Source: an uncultured Dehalococcoidia bacterium
GTDB taxonomy: Bacteria; Chloroflexota; Dehalococcoidia; Lucifugimonadales; Australimonadaceae
Direction: 5' to 3'
Length of the DNA: 64,000 nt
NCBI GenBank assembly: GCA_937901475.1
Contig: CALGTL010000162.1
Span: 441-64,440, forward strand
A program made the translations under genes and the position numbers. The notes under the pieces are model-generated. The model worked only from the letters and a program-made list of their open reading frames with translations. It had not been told where the DNA came from and made no database searches. Of this stretch, positions 38,013-47,972 are shown piece by piece. Each line of letters begins with the position of its first letter. Positions within the stretch are counted from its first letter, which is position 1.

Positions 38013-38766
38013 ACCGGCACTCGCAGTCAGTGTCGAAGGTTTAACGAAAAGGTTTGGCATCACTAGTGCCGTGAACGATGTTGAATTGTTCGTTCCACCC
38101 GGACAGGCCATTGCTTTCGTTGGGCCAAGTGGCGCTGGGAAAACCACGCTACTGGAACTCATAGCTGGTTCTGTAAGCCCGGACGCTGGACGAGTGAGTC
38201 TGTATGGCCAAGATCTGTCTTCGTTGAAACCTGGACGCGAGTTAGCATCACTTGTCGGTGTCGTTGCGCAGCAATACGACCTGGTCCCCAATCTTTCAGC
38301 GTTGCAGAACGTGCTCGCAGGTCGCTTGGGAGCCTGGGGTGCTTGGAAATCGATCTTGTCGCTACTTGCTCCACGTGACAAGCCCTTGGCGATGCGAGCG
38401 TTGGAACGCGTGGGTATCGCAGGGCGAGCGGAGGAACGAGCGGGACGACTGTCTGGTGGTGAGCAACAGCGAGTGGCTATCGCCAGAGTTGTGGTCCAAG
38501 ACCCCAAGATAATTCTCGCTGATGAACCAGTATCGTCACTGGACCCAGCACGCGCAGAGGATGTTCTTGCCCTACTGGTCTCGATTGCCCACGAGCGAAA
38601 GCTGACCCTCATCGCATCGATGCATGCTATTGACCTGGCAACCCGCTATTTCGACCGACTGGTGGGGTTACGCAATGGGCGGATCCTCTTCGATTGCCCG
38701 GCGAGCGACGTGACTCGTACCGACCTAAATGCGCTTTACAAGATTGAGGAGGAACGCGGTGGCTAG
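38002..38766 (+). CDS. phnC: Phosphonate-type ABC transporter ATP-binding protein
   Basis: Walker A GPSGAGKTT, signature LSGGEQQRVAIAR, Walker B IILADEP. TTG 38002 is the likely start and overlaps the phnD stop. The track ORF extends upstream only because that frame is open. Confidence 0.88.
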   Translation: MNVRPALAVSVEGLTKRFGITSAVNDVELFVPPGQAIAFVGPSGAGKTTLLELIAGSVSPDAGRVSLYGQDLSSLKPGRELASLVGVVAQQYDLVPNLSALQNVLAGRLGAWGAWKSILSLLAPRDKPLAMRALERVGIAGRAEERAGRLSGGEQQRVAIARVVVQDPKIILADEPVSSLDPARAEDVLALLVSIAHERKLTLIASMHAIDLATRYFDRLVGLRNGRILFDCPASDVTRTDLNALYKIEEERGG

Positions 38767-38767
38767 C

Positions 38768-39553
38768 GTGAGTAAATTGATGGAAAGTCGGCGACTTTTG
38801 ATGATCATCTTACTCGGCGCGCTAGCATGGAGTCTCGCGAGCGTTGAATGGAAAGATGGGGTGTTGCACACAAGAGGAATTTCTGCGTTAGGGGAAATCT
38901 CAGGAGCCATATTCAAGCTAGATCTCTCGGGAGAGACCCTCGGCAAGCTCCTGATAGCAGCATGGCGAACCGTCGCCTATGCGGTTGCTGGCCTTAGCCT
39001 CGCGTTGGTTATTGGACTTCCTCTCGGAATAGTCGGCTCAGGCGTACTGAACAGTTCGGCCAATAAACGTCGAACCGTGCAAACCCTAGTACGATTCATC
39101 CTAGGGTTCCTACGCTCGATTCATGAGTTGGTGTGGGCATGGCTCTTCGTCGCAGCGATTGGGCTATCCCCTCTGGCTGCGGTGCTAGCTCTTGCGATTC
39201 CGTACGGCGGCATACTAGGAAGAATTTATTCAGAACTGTTTCAAGACGTGCCGGAGGCCCCGCTTCGCGCGCTAAGGAACGCAGGTGCCTCGGAATGGCG
39301 GGTCTTCTGGTACGGCCGTTTGCCAGCAGTACTACCTGAACTAATTGGCTACACGTTCTACCGGTTCGAGTGTGGGATACGGTCTGCGACAGTGCTGAGC
39401 TTCGTGGGGCTAGGAGGACTCGGCTACCAGATTGGAATCTCGTTGGACGACCTTGCCTATGGCCGTGCGTGGACATTCATACTGGGGCTTGTAGGCTTGA
39501 TTGTGCTAGTCGAAGCATGGAGTGCTACTGTACGGCGAAAGATCATCCTGTGA
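38768..39553 (+). CDS. phnE: Phosphonate-type ABC transporter permease (PhnE family), copy 1
   Basis: Multi-TM protein with the PhnE-type segment RSIHELVWAWLFV and the EAA-like loop ALRNAGASEWRVFWYGRLP. Start is GTG 38768 or ATG 38780. Confidence 0.85.
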   Translation: MSKLMESRRLLMIILLGALAWSLASVEWKDGVLHTRGISALGEISGAIFKLDLSGETLGKLLIAAWRTVAYAVAGLSLALVIGLPLGIVGSGVLNSSANKRRTVQTLVRFILGFLRSIHELVWAWLFVAAIGLSPLAAVLALAIPYGGILGRIYSELFQDVPEAPLRALRNAGASEWRVFWYGRLPAVLPELIGYTFYRFECGIRSATVLSFVGLGGLGYQIGISLDDLAYGRAWTFILGLVGLIVLVEAWSATVRRKIIL

Positions 39554-40425
39554 AAATCCTCGTTCGTGCGCGGCTCGCTGTTAGGTCAATGCTTCCTCTC
39601 CTTGGAGTAGTCCAAGCCTCTTTTGCTCTCGGCACCTTGCTGCTCCTGGCCTCATGGCTGTTCATTTTCGAATGGGATCGACAGCAACGGGTGCCTTTCC
39701 TCTCTGCAGAATCAGCCACGCGGGCCTGGGGATTCGTAAAGGATCTTGCAGGAGTAGGTAAAGTCACCAGCCCTGCGTACGCTGATTCTTCCGAATGGTG
39801 GCGGGGGGCTCATTTGGCTTACGATACGCTGGCCATGAGCGTACTAGCCATTATGTTGTCAGGTACCGCAGCGCTGGCGACCTTTTTGCTAGGCGCTCGC
39901 AACGTGATGCTGGGGGATTTGGCACCAAACGCAGGATTAGCGTCACACAGCGTGTTCTTGGTGGTACGCATCACTTGGGCGTTCGTGCGGAGCGTACCGG
40001 AGCTTGTTTGGGCGCTGATTATCGTGTTCATTTTCACGCCAGGAATGCTACCCGGCGCCCTTGCGCTGGCTATCCACAACTACGGAGTGCTCGGCAAGCT
40101 AACATCCGAAGTCGTTGAAGGCATGGACGTTAAGCCCATACGTGCGCTACAGGCTGCAGGTGCAGGGCGGGCCACGATGCTGCTGTACGGGGTATTGCCG
40201 CAAGCGCTGCCTCGATTCCTGACTTACCTCCTTTATCGATGGGAGGTTGTAATCCGAACGACAATAGTCGTCGGTTTCGTGGCCGCTGGCGGATTGGGCA
40301 TGGAGTTTCGACTCAGCATGAGCAACTTCCACTACACCAGCGTAACGCTACTTCTGGGTTGGTACTTACTCCTTGTTCTTGGCGTTGATGTTATTTCCTC
40401 GCAGCTTCGCCGCTTGACGCGCTAG
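39550..40425 (+). CDS. phnE: Phosphonate-type ABC transporter permease (PhnE family), copy 2
   Basis: Paralogous segment RSVPELVWALIIV and ALQAAGAGRATMLLYGVLP. GTG 39550 overlaps the upstream TGA (GTGA). Confidence 0.85.
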   Translation: MKILVRARLAVRSMLPLLGVVQASFALGTLLLLASWLFIFEWDRQQRVPFLSAESATRAWGFVKDLAGVGKVTSPAYADSSEWWRGAHLAYDTLAMSVLAIMLSGTAALATFLLGARNVMLGDLAPNAGLASHSVFLVVRITWAFVRSVPELVWALIIVFIFTPGMLPGALALAIHNYGVLGKLTSEVVEGMDVKPIRALQAAGAGRATMLLYGVLPQALPRFLTYLLYRWEVVIRTTIVVGFVAAGGLGMEFRLSMSNFHYTSVTLLLGWYLLLVLGVDVISSQLRRLTR

Positions 40426-40538
40426 TACTCGCAACCCTAGGCCCTATATGGGTAAGGTTTGATTCCAGTTGGGAACGAGCCGCACGCATAGCTCTGCACC
40501 CAAGCGCCTAATTGTGAGCGTCTCTCTTAACGACTTGC

Positions 40539-41330
40539 CTAAGCCTCCATTCGCACGCGCCCATCAGGTGTTGCACCACTGACCTCACTCAAATCGATGA
40601 TAATCGCCGCACCATTAGCCCAGGACTCATGGTTCTGTTCAACCTCAGGGGAATCGTCGTATATTTGCTTGCGAATCGATTCGTCCGCCTCCACTCGCGC
40701 CTTTCCCTTAAAGATTAAAGTCGAACGGCTAGGGTTATCGCGGTAAAGCAGTTCCACGTGCGGGTTGCTTGCAATCGCCACAGCCATACCCGTAGTCGAC
40801 GCACGCACCCAAATGCTTAGCTGCGTGTCGCTGTACGCTTGCACGCTGCCACGAAGCGACACTCGCGGGTATCCATTAGCATCGACATACGCCACAACAA
40901 TCGGAGTGTCGTTAACTAAAGCACCGTTTACACGACTCTTGACGAAATCAGGTAACTTGTTGGTCTCCAGCAACGGCGTACCGGTAATGTTGTCCTGCTC
41001 CACGCGAGCAATCTTTCCCGCATCGTTGAACCAGAACTTCAAGTGAACCTCCGTCGGCCCCGCACCTACGGCTGCCATCGGTGCAACCACTGCCACGTGG
41101 TCACCTACCTCGATAGGTGCCGGCCATGTCGTCTTGCGATACACCGGCGTCAATGGCCACACACCAGTAATACGCGCCAACACATCATCGTGACCCGAAA
41201 ACTCGCGCGGTCCCGCCTTAAGTGTCACGTCTTCTGCCAAATGTGGCGACGCCGCCTTCGCCGCCTGTTTATCACCCGTACTGAGAGCGTTCACGTATGC
41301 CTGCGCTGCTGCTATTTGTTCATTGGACAT
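40539..41330 (-). CDS. Fusion protein: NTF2/SnoaL-like N-domain plus PNPOx-like (FMN/deazaflavin-binding split-barrel) C-domain
   Basis: ATG 41330 follows AGGAG. The N-terminus AAQAYVNALSTGD...DVTL...G is SnoaL-like. The C-terminus PIVVAYVDANGYPRVSLRGS...LIFKGKARV is typical of the pyridoxamine-5'-phosphate-oxidase fold. Domain calls are by pattern only. Confidence 0.6.
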   Translation of the reverse strand: MSNEQIAAAQAYVNALSTGDKQAAKAASPHLAEDVTLKAGPREFSGHDDVLARITGVWPLTPVYRKTTWPAPIEVGDHVAVVAPMAAVGAGPTEVHLKFWFNDAGKIARVEQDNITGTPLLETNKLPDFVKSRVNGALVNDTPIVVAYVDANGYPRVSLRGSVQAYSDTQLSIWVRASTTGMAVAIASNPHVELLYRDNPSRSTLIFKGKARVEADESIRKQIYDDSPEVEQNHESWANGAAIIIDLSEVSGATPDGRVRMEA

Positions 41331-41445
41331 GATTGCTCCTGCACACTCATTGTGAGTAGCGAAGCGTAGCACGCCACACGCATGGATTTGCGGTCGCTCC
41401 TCCCATATCATCAACTGCAGTGGAGAAACCAACCGGGGGCGAGAG

Positions 41446-42717
41446 ATGCTAACCACTACAGAGAATGAACGATTGACACAGGTAGGCCCAGGCACTCCTA
41501 TGGGAGCACTCCTCAGGCGCTACTGGCACCCTATCGCCGCCACAGGCGAGTTGGCCGAGCGCCCCACCAAGTCGGTCCGCCTCCTCGGCGAAGATCTCGT
41601 TCTCTACAAGGACCTCTCTGGCAATTACGGCCTCATCGATGCCATTTGCCCTCACCGCCGCGTAGACCTCTCCTATGGGATTCCGGAAGAACATGGTCTC
41701 CGTTGCATGTACCACGGCTGGATGTTCAACGAGGCCGGCCAATGCACCGAGCAACCGTTCGAAGAGACAGTGCATCCTGACGGGCGTTTCAAAGACAAAG
41801 TAAAGACCGTTGCCTATCCCGTTCAGGAGCTGGGCGGCGTGCTGCTGGCCTACATGGGCCCTGCACCCGCGCCGCTCGTGCCCCGCTGGGATCTTTTCGT
41901 TTGGGAAAACGTCGTCCGCGACGTTGGCGTGACTGTCCTCCCCTGCAACTGGCTCCAGTGCATGGAGAATTCCCTAGATCCTGTCCACGTTGAATGGCTA
42001 CACGGCTACTACACCAATGCGCTGCTCGACCCAGAGGGTCGTGCCGACATCCCGCAGCGCCCAAATTTAGAGCCGTGGCGCGTACGCGAGCACGGCTCTA
42101 TCAGCTTCGACCTGTTCGACCATGGCATCATCAAACGACGTACGTTCAAGGCGAGTACCGGGGACCCAGGCACAACGACCGCAGACCCAGAATGGACGTC
42201 GGGGCATCCCATCCTGTTCCCGAACATCCTCCGTGTGGGATCGTCATTCGAGTACCGCGTCCCGATGGACGACACACACACTCTTCACCTCGTGTTCAGC
42301 GCTTATGCCATGCCTCCAGGCGTAACTGCGCCCGTCCAAGAGACCGTCCCACACTACGAGATTCCCGCGTTCGCTGAGGATGGCTCATGCATCGTCGACT
42401 ACACGCTCGGGCAAGACATGATGGCATGGTCAACCCAAGGTCCCGTCGCCAGGCGTGAATTAGAGAAGCTGGGGCAATCAGACGTGGGAATCATTCTCTT
42501 CCGGAAATTGCTCCACGACCAGATGGACTTGGCCGCCCGCGGCGAAGAGGTCATGAACACATTCAGGGATCCCCTTGAGAACGAGATGCTAGCGCTGTTC
42601 CAGGAGTACCAACCCGGAGGTGATGTCAATCGCGCCAACCTGTGGGTGCGCCAAGGGTCGCAGTACAGCCCGGTCGTGCCACAAGTAGACAAGATCTACG
42701 CCGACGCCATGGGCTAG
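41446..42717 (+). CDS. Rieske (2Fe-2S) non-heme iron oxygenase, alpha-subunit type
   Basis: Rieske motif CPHRRVDLSYG...LRCMYHGW (CxH...CxxH), and the mononuclear iron motif ENSLDPVHVEWLH (D-x2-H-x4-H). Confidence 0.85.
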   Translation: MLTTTENERLTQVGPGTPMGALLRRYWHPIAATGELAERPTKSVRLLGEDLVLYKDLSGNYGLIDAICPHRRVDLSYGIPEEHGLRCMYHGWMFNEAGQCTEQPFEETVHPDGRFKDKVKTVAYPVQELGGVLLAYMGPAPAPLVPRWDLFVWENVVRDVGVTVLPCNWLQCMENSLDPVHVEWLHGYYTNALLDPEGRADIPQRPNLEPWRVREHGSISFDLFDHGIIKRRTFKASTGDPGTTTADPEWTSGHPILFPNILRVGSSFEYRVPMDDTHTLHLVFSAYAMPPGVTAPVQETVPHYEIPAFAEDGSCIVDYTLGQDMMAWSTQGPVARRELEKLGQSDVGIILFRKLLHDQMDLAARGEEVMNTFRDPLENEMLALFQEYQPGGDVNRANLWVRQGSQYSPVVPQVDKIYADAMG

Positions 42718-42901
42718 CCAGCTATCCATGAGTGCACACCACTGCGACAGCGAAATATAGCGTCTAACGATAGCGTCCGCTAGCCCTTCCTGAAGGCGCA
42801 GGGAAAGCCCGAATGAGTAGCACAGCGCAAGGAGCGAAGGGGGCAGGAAAACGGGCACCGTCAGGTTGTTACAGCTGGTTGCCAAATACAGCAGCCAGGT
42901 A

Positions 42902-44401
42902 TTAAACCAGATTGAGGGCAGCCTGCCGAGCGACTTCCAAAAGCCCGCCTGGCCAAAGGCCAAGCACTAGGATTGCACAGGACGTCACAGCTAACGCCGC
43001 CCACGCGTACAGCGGCAAAGTGATGCGTATGGGGTTGTCCGACTCCCGTAGGTACATCACTCGCACGACACTCAGGTAGTAGTAGGCAGACAACACGCTG
43101 TTCAGCAGGCCAATCACAGCCAGCCACAACATGTCGGCGTTAATAGCAGCGTTGAACAGGAACAATTTACCGATGAATCCCACCGTCGGCGGGATTCCCG
43201 TCAACGACAACAACGCCAACCCGAGGAGCGCTGCCAGGAGAGGTGCGCGTCGCCCCATCCCCGCAAGCCCATCGATTGTCTCGTCGCCAGTACGATTAGT
43301 AACCGCCATCACCACGAAGAACGCCGTCATGTTCATCGCGGCATAGCCCGCCAAGTAGAACAGTACTGCTTCGATACCCAGCTCCGGGTCGGGCCCTGAG
43401 CCCACGTAAGCCGCAACGCCCATGAGCAAGTAGCCTGCCTGTGCTATGGCGCTATAACCCAGTAAACGCTTCACGTTAGTCTGCGCTATCGCAATCACGT
43501 TACCGACCGTCATTGTTATCGCCGCAAGCACTGCGAATAACAATGACCAATCCGACGCCACCGGGTCGAGTCCCGTGTAAAACACCCGCAGCACCACCGC
43601 GAACGCGGCAGCTTTGCTTGCCACCGCAAGGTACGCCGCAACAGGGGTTGGTGCACCCTCATAGACGTCAGGTGTCCACATTTGAAACGGCACTATAGAC
43701 AGCTTGAAACCGAATCCTGCTACCACCAACACCACACCCACCATCACCGCCACACCACCGAATGGAATTGATGATTCACCGTTCATCAACATCTGCCCAA
43801 TAGCCGGAATCGCAGGGTCAAACGATACTAGCTGCAACGTGCCTGTCGCTCCGTACAGGAAAGCAAATCCATAGAGCAGCACAGCTGACGATACCGCCGA
43901 CAGCATCAGATATTTCAGGCCAGCCTCTAACGATTTTAGTCGCGTTTTGTTATACGCCGCCAGCGCGATTACCGGAAGCGAAGCCAACTCAAGCGAGATG
44001 TAGACCGTAATCAAGTCACCCGCCGCAGGTAACAGCATCAGACCCGCTGAGGACAACAACAGTAGACCGTAGAACTCAGCCTGGAATGGATGAAACCGTG
44101 ACGCATATTCCGATGACGAAAGGAACAACAGCGCCAGCACAGTCACAGTGAGAAACTTGAAATACAACGCGAACTCATCAACCACCAGCGCCCCGTTGAA
44201 GGCAGTATCGGCCCCTGTCGTGCGAATGTCGCTCCACACGCTCACGCCAGCGACCATCGGCACCAGCAAACCAATGACCGCCACTGCAATAACGACACCC
44301 TTGCGTCGCACTGCCAAATCGAGCGAGACCACGATGATTGCGAGGACTATGACCGACAATTCCGGCGAAATAAGGAATAAATCACGAATCCCAATGTTCA
44401 T
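42902..44401 (-). CDS. nuoN: NADH-quinone oxidoreductase subunit N
   Basis: 499 aa polytopic antiporter-like subunit, last gene of the operon. Contains FKLSIVPFQMWTPDVYEGAPTPV. Confidence 0.9.
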   Translation of the reverse strand: MNIGIRDLFLISPELSVIVLAIIVVSLDLAVRRKGVVIAVAVIGLLVPMVAGVSVWSDIRTTGADTAFNGALVVDEFALYFKFLTVTVLALLFLSSSEYASRFHPFQAEFYGLLLLSSAGLMLLPAAGDLITVYISLELASLPVIALAAYNKTRLKSLEAGLKYLMLSAVSSAVLLYGFAFLYGATGTLQLVSFDPAIPAIGQMLMNGESSIPFGGVAVMVGVVLVVAGFGFKLSIVPFQMWTPDVYEGAPTPVAAYLAVASKAAAFAVVLRVFYTGLDPVASDWSLLFAVLAAITMTVGNVIAIAQTNVKRLLGYSAIAQAGYLLMGVAAYVGSGPDPELGIEAVLFYLAGYAAMNMTAFFVVMAVTNRTGDETIDGLAGMGRRAPLLAALLGLALLSLTGIPPTVGFIGKLFLFNAAINADMLWLAVIGLLNSVLSAYYYLSVVRVMYLRESDNPIRITLPLYAWAALAVTSCAILVLGLWPGGLLEVARQAALNLV

Positions 44402-44404
44402 CCG

Positions 44405-45904
44405 CTAGCCCCCGAAACCGACGAGGCTGAAGCCTGCCATGATGGGGTCAATCCCAACCGCGAAAACATCTGTTAGCACACTTGGGTACAGGCCCACCAC
44501 GAAGATGGGGATTATCAGCACCAGCATTGCCGCTACATCCACCGGTCTCGCATCCGTGAGGCTACCCCACCGTGCCATGCTCGGCCCGAACAGCGTTCGC
44601 TGCGCTGTCCACAGGATGTAGCCCGCAGCCAGCACCACGCCAAACGCCGCCAGCGCTGTCGCCAGCCCAAAAACCTGAAACGTACCCAGGAAAATCAACA
44701 ATTCAGCCACGAACCCACTCGTCGTCGGTAAGCCCAGCGACGCCAGTCCAGCGACCATGAAGCCGAGTGCAATCAACGGCATCTGCTTCGCGAGGCCGCC
44801 CATGTCGGGGATGTGTCGAGTATGCGTTCGCTCGTAGATGAGTCCCACCACCACGAACAATAACCCCGTAATGGTACCGTGAGTAAACAACTGCAAGGCC
44901 GCACCGTTCATTCCTACGCTACTCAGCGAAGTTCCGGTACCCGCGACCGATGCGATTCCCAGCGTTACGAAGCCCATATGGCTCACGCTCGAGTAAGCGA
45001 CCATGCGCTTGAGGTCTGTTTGCCGCATCACAATGAACGCCCCATACAGCACGCTTACCACAGCAATGATTGACAAGGGCGATGCGAAATCTGCCATCTG
45101 TTCCGGGAATAAGCCTGCGTTGATTCGCAGCAACCCATACCCACCCATCTTCAGAAGCACACCGGCCAGCATCACACTCACTGCCGTAGGTGCATCCGTA
45201 TGCGCATCAGGCAGCCAAGTGTGTAGAGGGAACATTGGCAGCTTCACCGCGAACGCGATAAGGAATCCAGCGAAGATCAACCAGGTTGGCACCAATAGGT
45301 TTGCCATGTCCCGTCCCACCAGCGCCATAATGTCGAACGTCCTCTCACCACTGGGCATTGAGAAGTACAGCGTCAGCATCGCTGCCAGCATGAACGCCGA
45401 GCCTAGGAACGTGAAAATAAGGAATTTCATCGCCGAGTACTCGCGCCGCCCTGTTCCCCATGAGGAAATGAGGAAGAACATTGGTACCAGCTCCAGTTCC
45501 CAAAAAACGAAAAACAGGACCAGATCCAGTGAAACAAACACGCCCATGACCGCGCCTTGCAACAACAGCAGCCACATGTAGTACTGGTTCGGTCGGTCCT
45601 TCACATTCCATGAAACCAGCACCGCAGCTAACCCCAGGATCCCGTTGAGCAGCACCATGGGCGCGCTCAATCCATCCATTGCCAGTAGGTACTGGATATT
45701 GAACGCAGATATCCAGTCGAAGCGCTCGGTAAACTGGTATCCACCAGACCCGGTGTCGTAGCCAACGAAGGCCACCAGAGCCAGTGCCAGCTCCGCAATC
45801 GCGGCAGTGAGCGCGATCTGCCGTGCCCTCTGCTGTGTCTCGCCTAGCACTAGCACTAGCAAGGCGCTGGCAATGGGAAGGAAAATAAGGGCGCTAAGCA
45901 ACAT
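44405..45904 (-). CDS. nuoM: NADH-quinone oxidoreductase subunit M
   Basis: 499 aa, with VKLPMFPLHTWLPDAHTDAPTAVSV typical of NuoM. Confidence 0.9.
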   Translation of the reverse strand: MLLSALIFLPIASALLVLVLGETQQRARQIALTAAIAELALALVAFVGYDTGSGGYQFTERFDWISAFNIQYLLAMDGLSAPMVLLNGILGLAAVLVSWNVKDRPNQYYMWLLLLQGAVMGVFVSLDLVLFFVFWELELVPMFFLISSWGTGRREYSAMKFLIFTFLGSAFMLAAMLTLYFSMPSGERTFDIMALVGRDMANLLVPTWLIFAGFLIAFAVKLPMFPLHTWLPDAHTDAPTAVSVMLAGVLLKMGGYGLLRINAGLFPEQMADFASPLSIIAVVSVLYGAFIVMRQTDLKRMVAYSSVSHMGFVTLGIASVAGTGTSLSSVGMNGAALQLFTHGTITGLLFVVVGLIYERTHTRHIPDMGGLAKQMPLIALGFMVAGLASLGLPTTSGFVAELLIFLGTFQVFGLATALAAFGVVLAAGYILWTAQRTLFGPSMARWGSLTDARPVDVAAMLVLIIPIFVVGLYPSVLTDVFAVGIDPIMAGFSLVGFGG

Positions 45905-47932
45905 CTAGCTCCTCACCAGGTACGTCCACAGCAGCGTAATCACGCCAACAGATACGGCAATTCCATACGCCTGCACCTGGCCACTCTGAAGCTGCCCGAC
46001 AAATTTGCCAGTGTTGCGCCCGGCCCAGCCCACGAGATCCACAGTACCATCCACAACCTTGCGATCAATCCAATCGCTAGCCAGGAACACGCCCTTGAAT
46101 AACGCGCGACGCACCACCAGCGTCTCGTAGAAGTAATCCATGTAGTAGCGCTGATCCAACACCCGGTTCAACATATGCCACTGCTTAGGCATGCGAGCTA
46201 AATCGAACCATTTCATCCCATAGATTGCTACCGCCAAAGTGATACCGCCCAAAACCAACGTCATCGATAGTCCCGCTATCCAGACCACTAACTCGGGGGA
46301 GGGTTCGTTGAAGAAGTGCGAAAACCAATGCGCGGGCACAGGCCCTAGTTCAATAACGCTGTTCAGTACAGCGCCTGAGCCAATAGCCATCAAGCCAAGC
46401 ACCGACATCGGCACTAGCATGGAAAGAGGGGATTCACCCTTATGCACGTGGCTATGGGCCTCATCAGCGGCCCGATCCGCCATTGGCACAGCTTCGATCC
46501 CTCCGCGAAATTCACCATGAAAAGTCAAAATAATCAGCCGGAACACATAGAACGCTGTCATCCCAGCTGCGACCAACGCCAACCAGAACGTCGCTTGCCC
46601 GACAACACCAGCTCCCGTACCAGGTGTTAGTTGACTAATACTCCATGCCGCAGCCAGCACTTCATCTTTGCTCCAGAAACCTGCTAATGGGAAAACACCC
46701 GCAAGGCTCAATCCGGCGATGACCGTCAGCCCGTATGTCACTGGCATCCAGGCGCGCAGGCCACCCATGTATCGCATATCGAACGTCTGCACCGAGTGAT
46801 GCACACTGCCGGCACTCAGGAATAGCAAGCACTTGAAAAACGCATGATTAAGCAGGTGGAACAGCGCCACCCCAGGCGCACCGACGCCCAGTGCAATGAA
46901 CATGTAACCCAACTGACTCACCGTCGAAAACGCAAGCACTCGCTTGATATCATTCGTAACCAACGCCATCGTCGCAGCAATCACCGCAGTTACACCGCCG
47001 GTCAGTGCCACAACATTCAAGACCCATGACGAAGCCTCGAACAGAGGGAACATTCGAGCCACCAAGAAAACCCCAGCCGCAACCATCGTTGCAGCGTGTA
47101 TTAACGAACTCACAGGGGTTGGTCCTTCCATCGCATCAGGCAACCACGTATTCAACGGGAACTGGGCTGACTTACCCACTGCCCCTGCAAACAGACCAAG
47201 GGCCGCCCAAGTCACGAGGCTCGCTGACAGCAGCGGTGCAGCCGAGTTGATATCGGGGATCTCAAATGGATTCTGTCCCCGTACCAGGAATTCGCCTCGG
47301 TGTGAAAACAACCACATCAGCGCGAGCATAAACCCGAAATCGCCGATGCGAGTCACGATGAAGGCCTTCTTGGCAGCAGCTGCAGCAGCAGGTCGGTGGA
47401 ACCAGAACCCAATCAGCAGGTACGAGAACAATCCGACCAATTCCCAAAACAGAAATGCTTGAATCAAGTTGTACGCTAGAACCAGCCCTAACATCGCCGC
47501 CGTGAAAAATGACATGTAAGCGAAGTAGCGCGGGTAGTCCACGAACGCCCCATCTTCGGCATTGGCGGCCTTGCGCATGTAGCCGAGTGAGTACACTTGC
47601 ACTAACAGGCTTACGCCCGTTATCACCACCGCCATCATGGCCGACAGCGGGTCCAGTAGCACGCCAATAGTCAGCTCGAAAGCACCCTGGGTAACGTCAC
47701 CACCCACAGTGAACCATGAGTGCGGAGAGAACCCAATCGACTCCCCATGGTGGCCGCGAACCGAGTTCAACGCCCAAAGGCTCAACGCGAACGCTCCGCC
47801 TATCGCCACGATACCTACAGAAGCACTAGCTTGCCACAGCGACCGGGTCCATGGACGGAGCACTGCGATAATGAGGAATCCGCCGAGTAACGGCAGACCC
47901 ACGATGGCCCAGACAGCAGCCTCGTTAATCAA
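45905..47932 (-). CDS. nuoL: NADH-quinone oxidoreductase subunit L
   Basis: 675 aa, with GKSAQFPLNTWLPDAMEGPTPVSSLIHAATMV and the long C-terminal extension typical of NuoL. TTG start. Confidence 0.92.
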   Translation of the reverse strand: MINEAAVWAIVGLPLLGGFLIIAVLRPWTRSLWQASASVGIVAIGGAFALSLWALNSVRGHHGESIGFSPHSWFTVGGDVTQGAFELTIGVLLDPLSAMMAVVITGVSLLVQVYSLGYMRKAANAEDGAFVDYPRYFAYMSFFTAAMLGLVLAYNLIQAFLFWELVGLFSYLLIGFWFHRPAAAAAAKKAFIVTRIGDFGFMLALMWLFSHRGEFLVRGQNPFEIPDINSAAPLLSASLVTWAALGLFAGAVGKSAQFPLNTWLPDAMEGPTPVSSLIHAATMVAAGVFLVARMFPLFEASSWVLNVVALTGGVTAVIAATMALVTNDIKRVLAFSTVSQLGYMFIALGVGAPGVALFHLLNHAFFKCLLFLSAGSVHHSVQTFDMRYMGGLRAWMPVTYGLTVIAGLSLAGVFPLAGFWSKDEVLAAAWSISQLTPGTGAGVVGQATFWLALVAAGMTAFYVFRLIILTFHGEFRGGIEAVPMADRAADEAHSHVHKGESPLSMLVPMSVLGLMAIGSGAVLNSVIELGPVPAHWFSHFFNEPSPELVVWIAGLSMTLVLGGITLAVAIYGMKWFDLARMPKQWHMLNRVLDQRYYMDYFYETLVVRRALFKGVFLASDWIDRKVVDGTVDLVGWAGRNTGKFVGQLQSGQVQAYGIAVSVGVITLLWTYLVRS

Positions 47933-47972
47933 GCGCAGCCTCCCGCAACCGCCGCTTTTTGCAAAGGCGTCG

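Noticed and set aside
37821-38612. A 263-aa minus-strand ORF antisense to the phnD 3' end and phnC.
   Set aside because: It is a shadow ORF of a GC-rich gene. Its composition is Ser/Arg/Ala/Pro-rich and low-complexity, and the opposite strand carries unmistakable ABC ATPase motifs.
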